NCBI RefSeq assembly: GCF_030144855.1
Contig: NC_082734.1
Coordinates: 5,766,001-5,830,000, forward strand
DNA length: 64,000 bases
Direction: 5' to 3'
Origin: Hypanus sabinus
Lineage: Eukaryota
A program made the translations under genes and the position numbers. Under the pieces are notes generated by a model. That model was not told the DNA's origin and did no database searches. It saw only the letters and a list, made by a program, of their open reading frames with translations. This document shows, piece after piece, positions 54,420-64,000 of the stretch (position 1 is its first letter; every line of letters starts with the position of its first letter).

Positions 54420-55535
54420 GAGTTGATGAAGGTAAGGCAGTGGATGTGGTCTACATGGATTTCAGTAAGGCATTTGACGAGGTCCAACGTTGGAGATTGC
54501 TCAAGAAGGTTCAAAATCTGATGGTAATTTGGATTAGATATTGGCCTTGCAGGAGAATCCAGAGAGTGGTAGTAGATGGTCATCTCTCTGATTGGAAGCT
54601 TGTGACTGGTAGAGTGCTGCAGGAATTGATGCTGGGTCTGCTGTTTGTCATCTATATCAATGATCTGGATGATAATGTGGTTAACTGGATCAGCAAGTTT
54701 GTGGATGATACCAATGAGGAAGACTATCAAAGCTTGCAGCAGGATCTGGACCAGCTGGAAAAATGGGTTGAAAATGGCAGATGGAATTTAGTGCAGATGA
54801 GTGTGAGGGACTTTGGGAGGACCAACCAGGGTAGGTGTTACACAGAGAGTGGTAGGGTGCCAAGCATTATGGTAGAACAAAGGTCCATAATTCATTGAAA
54901 CTGGTGTCACAGATAGATAGGGTCATAAGGAAAACTTTAGGCATATTGGTCTTCATGGATCAAAGTACTGAGTACAGCAATTGGGATGTTGAAATTGTAT
55001 AAGATGTTGGTGAGGCCAAATTTGGAGTATTGTGTACGGTTTTGGCCACCTACCTACAGGAAAGATGTAAATAAGATTGAAAGAGTACAGAGAAAATTTA
55101 CAAGGATGTTGCTGAATCTGGAGGATCTGAGTTACAAGGAAAGACTGAATAGTTTAAAACTTGATTCCCTCCAACGTAAAAGATGGAGAGGAGATTTGAT
55201 AGAGGTATACAAAATTATGAGGGGTAAGTGCAAGCAGGCTTTTTCCACTGAGAATGGGTGGAACTACAACTAGAGGTCATGGGTTAAGGGTGAAAAATGA
55301 AATGTTTAAGGGGAACATGAGGGGAAACTTCTTCACAAGGTGGTGAGAGTGTGGAACGAGCTGCCAGAGCAAGTGATGGGTGCAATTTTGACTCCAGCCT
55401 TTAAGAGAAGTTTGGATAGGTATGTGAATGGGAGGGGTATGGGGAAGGCTATAGTCTGGGTGCAGGTCGATGGGACTTGGCATAAATTAGATGGGCCAAA
55501 GGGCCTGTTTCTTTGCTGTAGTTTTCTTTGACTCT
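54420..55535 (+). mobile_element. CR1 3' fragment; further pieces at 7010-7270, 21600-21930, 24650-24960 and 56070-56385
   Basis: DVVYMDFSKAFDEV, LFVIYINDLD, KFVDDT, LVRPNLEYCVRFWPP. Confidence 0.85.
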
Positions 55536-58500
55536 AACTTTATGACAACACAAAGGTAATATTATCACAAATAAATTAACAAATAATGAGGTGGATTTAC
55601 AACACAGGTCAAAAGGTAAACAGTATAATGCTTCTAGTGTTTCATACATGACAAGACCTGTGTGCTGGCAGGGAATTCAGTTGTCTCACAGCCTGAGGGA
55701 AGATGCTGTTTCCCATTATATCATCCAGAATTGTGAGTATATACTGTTCAACTAGGATTTCAGTGAAACAGTGGACCTCAGATGTTCACAAACCATGTGA
55801 CCCAATATAAATTCACACAGAACAGAGGGAGACCATTTTGCCTTATTCTTTGGCTTACTCCTTGCAGCAATTTTCCATTTATGCCATGATGTGCTTTTTA
55901 TGAAATTGATTTTCCCTGGACGTATTTACTAACTGCCTTTTCCATACTGATCTGTGTACATCATCTGTTTCTGAAAGGACGTCCTTCTATTCTGTGCACT
56001 CTGGACCTAGGCACCCCCACTATAAACCATCGGGATTATACGCGAACGTCGGCTTGGAGAGGATGATTCATACAGTGGGGGAAGTCTAGAGGGCATAGGC
56101 TCAGAATACAAGGACATCCCTTTAGACCAGAGATGAAGAGGGACTTAATTTAGCTGGAGGGTGCTGCATCTGTGAGATTAATTGCCAGAGATAGCTGTGG
56201 AGGCTTTGTCATTGGGTATATTTAAAGCAGAGGTTAGAAGGTTCTTGGTTTGGTAAGGGGGTGAAAGGTTATGGGGAGAAAGCTGGAGAATGGAGTCGAG
56301 AGGGATAATACATCAGCCATGATGTAATGACAGAGCAGACTCGATGGGCCAAATGGCATAATTCTGCTCCTACATCTTATAGTCTTATTAAATTGTGCCA
56401 GATTCATGCTTTATTCAGATTCATAAATTTGTCATTATTTCATCATTCACCTTGTCGTCAAATGGAAAATAAAAGAATGCAGACTATACTGTTACTGGTA
56501 CAGAGAAAGTTCGGTGCGCTGAGACCATGAGATTGCACCGGCTGCTCTGTGCTTTGTGTCTGTGAGCTTTACAATGATTTGCCTCATTTTGTGATGAACT
56601 GAGACTGAGGCTGTGGGCTCTGGGATCTATGAACTCAATTTGCTTCAGAATGCTATTGCTTTCTTTTATTGTTTGCATGATTTGTGTTTTTTTCTCTCTA
56701 TCCCTCTGCGTATTGGGGGTTGGTCATTTGCTTAATTTGGCTCTTTTGGGTTTCTTGCTTTGTGGCTGCCTGTAAGCAGATGGATCTCAAGGTCGTATAA
56801 TTTATACGTAATTTGATAATACATGTACTTTGAATCCTTTTCACAGGGCACTATGATTTATTGATTTATTTTATTTAGAGATACAACCACTCCTGCCCAA
56901 CTAGAGTGAGCTGCCCAATTACACCCATGCGACCAATTAACCTACAAATCCGTGCATCTTTGAAATGTGGGAGGAACCCAGACCACCTGGAGGAAACTCA
57001 CAGCATCATGGGGAGAATGTACTAACTCCTTACCGACAGTGTTACATTAACTGCTATGCCTCCATGCCACACCAAAAGTAGATTGAGAAGCTGAGTTACT
57101 CTTTGTTGTACAAGATTCTTTGACTCTATTCAATTGGACTGGAGGGCACTGACCATAACCAGGTTAGGTCTTATTGGGAGAAGTGTTTGTAACTAAACTG
57201 TGAGTGATGAGCAACTGGACTTAGCTATTTATAGCAGTAAAGGCCAAAGGAGATCCAAAGAGCAGAAAATCAGAAGTAGTTACTCCCTGTTCAGCATTCC
57301 TCAATGAACGCTGAGTTGGACAGCAGAACTGTCCAATGAGACTTGCCGTTTGCAGATCTAAGGACACTTCTAATTAACCGTTTTATTTAAACAAGATCTC
57401 TGAACCAGGTATCTTTCCTAGTTGTAACAAGGCTGATAGTAGGGCAAAACTCAGGTAAGCAAAGAGCATCCTTTGTAGCTGAGACTTTCATTTTTTTTTG
57501 TTTGAAAACAGTTACCAGCGTATTTCCCAGATGGGGCACCAGTCTTACCAAAAGGTTGGACGTTAAGTCTGTATCTCATTTTAAAAATGAGATATTTTGT
57601 ATTTCAAACACAAAAAAAATCTGCAGGTGCTAGAAGTCCAAAGCTTCACACACAAAATGCTGGAGGAACTCAGCAAGCTAGGCTGCATCTATGGAAACGA
57701 GTAAACAGTTGATGAGTTGGGCCAAGACCTTTAATCAGGACTGGAGGCCACCCCCACCCTCCTACTCTGATTTCTCCCCTTCCTGATGAAGGGTCTCAGC
57801 CTAAAACGTCAACTATTTACTTTTCTTTAAAATTTGCTTTTGGTTATTTTCTCATTTAAAAGGCTTATTGTTGTTAAACCAGGAATGGAAAGGATTCTGG
57901 GGATAATGCTTTATTTCTTTGAAGGGTGGAATTTGGGGACCAGGTGCAAAGAGGCTAGGTGGATCTATTTTTCTGTATTTCAGAATGCATGCTATTGTAG
58001 CATGAGTGCATTGTCATAGGAATTGAATACTTCATATTCCCAACTAACTTACTATATTTATTGGGGCATTTCTCGGGTGGAAGCTCTATAATGGTCAATG
58101 AATTTAACCAGCTGCATCATGGCCTAGAATGAAAACAGCAATGCCTTTGAACGGAAATTCCTACAAAAAGTAGAAGATTTAGCCCAGTATGTTACCAGTA
58201 AAGCCCTCCCAACCATTGAGCACATTTACGTGAAACGCTGTTGTAGGAAAGCAGTATCTATCATCAAAAATCCTCACCACCCAAGCCATGCTCTTTTCTT
58301 GCTGCTGTCATCAGGTAGAAGGTACAAGAGCCTCAGAACTTGCACCATCAGGTTCAGGAACAGTTACTACCCCTCAACCATCAGGCTCTTGAATAAAAGA
58401 GGATACAGTAATTACATTGATCTATTGAGATGTTACCACAACCAATGATCTCGCTTCAAGGACTCTTTATTTTGTTATTTAATGTTCTTGTTATTTATTT

Positions 58501-60346
58501 ATATTTGCCCTTGCACAGTTTGTTATCTTCTATGCTCTTGCTCTTTCATTGATCCTGTTTAAAGTTACTATTCTATAAATTTTATAGATTTCTAGATTCT
58601 ATAGATTTGCAGAGTATGCCTGCAGAAAGAAGAATCTCAGGGTTGTGTGTGTTGACAAGTACTGTATGTTCTCTGATAATAAATTTTACTTAGAACTTTG
58701 AATTAACTCATTTTCAACCCTTTCCACAGGTACTGAACTGAATCTTTCTTCCTGAAGCAGGTAAGGTGATAGATGATTAAGCAAAGCTCAAATCTTCTTG
58801 ATTGCCTTTAAGAGCATGGAGGACTGATGGTGGATACGATTTTCTTCTTGTAAAGTTTAATGGTGGTTAGGTGACCAAAATAAGGAGCTTTACTGCCATC
58901 TACTTAGTTGGAGTGTGGAGCAAAGAGACAGAAAGTATACCCATTAAATTCCTCCTTGAAAAACAAATAATATCAAAAAGTATAATGCTTTTCAGAAAGT
59001 CAGATACACACTTATATACATTCCAGTGGCAGTGATATCCTAACTTACTTTTTTAAATTAGATGTTTCCTTTGCACCTCAGGAACTGGATTCAAACAATA
59101 TATGCTGCACCATTTCTTGACAAGTGTACTCGCTACAACTGGATAACGGATATCAGGATGACCTTGTCTGCTTTAAGCACGAAGTTAAAGCCTGCAGCTG
59201 CAAGTAGACTAGTGCAGCAAATAAAATTAATGCATATTTAAATGCAAATCTGAACAGAGTATGGAGGAAGGTGGGTGTAGCTCTACTGCACGGGATCGAA
59301 GTAAGCTGCCGAGAGTTCTAAAATTAGTTAGCTCCATCATGGGTACTAGCCTCCTTAGTATCCAAGACATCTTCAAGGAAGAATGCCTCAGAACTGCAGC
59401 TTCCATCATCAAGGACCCCCACCACCTAGGAAATGCCCTCTTCTCATTCTTACTATTGTAGCGTAATGTAATTGTTGGAAACATACAGAATTCACAACTA
59501 CTGATACTGGGTTGGGATTCACTTTAAAAGGCCGGTCTGATGTGATGAGATATTTACGTAAAGGACTTTAAGCCCACTTTGTGTTCAGGTTTTGGAGTTT
59601 AATAAATGTATTGTTACAGTTTTATTAAACTTAAAATGCCTCATGTCATGTTATTTTCAAAAAACCTAAATGCATAGGAAGGAGGTACAGAAGCCTGAAG
59701 GCACACACTCAACAATTCAGGAACAGCTTCTTCCTTCTGCCATCCGATTTCTAAATGGACATTGAACCCATGAACACTAGCTCCCTACTGTTTTTTAGTT
59801 TCTGTTTTTCCACTATCTACCTTAATTTAACTATATAATATACATGTAAATACTTAATATAATTCATATATAATACTTAATATATTTTTCTATATTCATC
59901 ATGTATTGCAATGGACTGCTGGCACAATATTAACAAATTTCATGAATTATGCCGGTGAAATTAAATCTGATTCTGATTCTGAAATTACCTCATCCAAGGT
60001 ACTAAAATCTGTAGGGAAATCATCCCTTTTAAAAATCACTAGCAGGATAGCACTATTGTGCATACAACCTAGCTAATATTAAATTTATTGTCATTGTCAA
60101 TATACTGACAAATTAATGCATTTATCCTAGTTTTAAAATGTAAAAGTACATTTTTGATGCAGTTGTTATTCAGCCCAGAAAAACAGAACTGAATTTGAAA
60201 ACAATCAGTTACTGAGGCAGAGTAAGTATTTTGACATTTATTTCAGTTGATATACCATTCCAATACCTTTGAGTTAGTCAAGTTAAGATTCACACAAATA
60301 AAGAGTTTGATTTTACAATTTTAACAGGTAATGACATGAAGTCCTT

Positions 60347-62667
<2,321 letters not shown>

Positions 62668-62729
62668 CCTGTTCGGTGGACAATTACAACTTTCTATCAC
62701 CTGGGGAAGCTCCTAAAGAAACCTTCCTT

Positions 62730-62825
62730 CCTCAGTTCCTTGTACTTATACTGCTGGATCAGCCTGCAAGATAGTGAGGGTTGACCTCACCATGATGATT
62801 GACATTCCCTGGTAGCCAATTAGGA
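62730..62825 (-). promoter_or_regulatory. FerF proximal promoter (TATA, TGATTGAC, CCAAT)
   Basis: Minus-strand TATAA at 62750-62746; GATGATTGACATTCCC at 62794-62809; CCAAT at 62816-62820 (+). Confidence 0.65.
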
Positions 62826-64000
62826 GCAGCTCATGGGCCCATAACCAATGGAAAATAGGGGGAAAATGGAACATCAAATCAAGGTGTCATGGAGCCAATC
62901 AGGAGTTTGCAAAAATTGAAGTTCTGGAAAATTAGGTTCTCTGATGTGGCTACCTTTGGCTTTCCTCTATGGCTTTATACCTGAAAGTGTTTTCTTGTTT
63001 TCTTCCTTAGAAATCACAGCTTTAGGAGCAATATTATGACATTTACATCTACTCTAAGTTGGAATTGGTTTATTATCATCACATGTACTGAGGTAGAATG
63101 AAAAGCTTGTCTTGCATACTATTCATACACATCAAATCATTACACAGTGCATTGAGGTAGAACAAGGTCAAGCAATAACAGAAGGCAGAATAAAGTGTAA
63201 CAGCTACAGAAAAAGTGCAGAGCAGGTAAATAATAAGGGGACAACAGAATGAGATAGATTCTAAGGTAAACTTTCCAAGGTTGCTATGCGACATTCATTG
63301 TTCAAACCAACCAAGAAGTCTGTGTGACTGTTCGAATGAACTATTGGATAGATGGATGAAACAGCCTGTGTGTTGGCCTGGAGAAGTAAAAAGTCTGCAG
63401 AATCGCAAACTGGAAAAAGTCAAGGACAGTGTATGAGTAGACAAAACAAAAGTCTTAGTTGTCGCCAGCTGGTGGAAGAAGCTTTCTGAATGAACTTTTA
63501 CTGGGTTGAAGGGGGCATAATGAAGGTCCTAATCTTCTAATCAGAGATCATTTCCAAATAAGTTACTCGTAGGATGCTAATTGATAAAGCTGAAGATCAA
63601 CATCAGCTTAAAGATGACCAGTCGGCATCTGTGAACTGGGCTGTTCTGAGCCAGTGTCTGACTTGAACTGGATGTAATGACATGATTCAGCAAAGATACA
63701 AAAGAACCACTTCAGAGGAATGTGGTGAGGTGGTGCCAATTGTCGCCTTTGGCCAGTCATCAAGAAGTGGACGCATGATGCCGAAAAATCAGAGATAACA
63801 GAATCAAAGTAGTGCTGTTCAGAACTGCTATGGGAAAATTATAACAAAGGTTTTCAGAGTCAGGCCAGCAAGAACCAAATTAGTTTAACACTGATAATTA
63901 CAGAGGTTTAGCTGTTGCAAGGGCATGAATGGCTGTGGGATGTTCTGGGGTTCAGGTGTTTCCAAAGGGATCAGGAAGGGAAGTAAAAGAGGAGGGGGAG

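Overview
Vertebrate genomic DNA, inferred to be from a cartilaginous fish (ray or shark) from its repeat content (CR1, Rex1/Babar, V-SINE, Penelope-derived elements). The window holds a tandem cluster of six ferritin loci with the canonical 4-exon, phase-0 structure. FerA (+, 4630-5988) is a compact M/H-type gene with a perfect IRE and an ARE. FerB (-, 25744-12650) is intron-containing, has a 50-aa Arg-rich N-terminal extension and no IRE, and is a candidate mitochondrial ferritin. FerC (+) and FerD (-) are pseudogene remnants. FerE (-, 51430-47375) has an intact ORF but has lost ferroxidase and 3-fold-channel residues. FerF (-, 62667-60347) keeps the ferroxidase centre but has an L-chain-like C-terminus. 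FerA-F are working labels. The rest is mostly nested transposons: a very young intact 4.2-kb Gypsy LTR element with a -1 frameshift signal, a Sleeping-Beauty-family Tc1 element, Tigger-like elements, CR1 and Rex1 LINE fragments, SINEs, and many Penelope-derived repeats carrying minimal hammerhead-ribozyme-like motifs. Comparisons with known sequences are from memory, not database searches.
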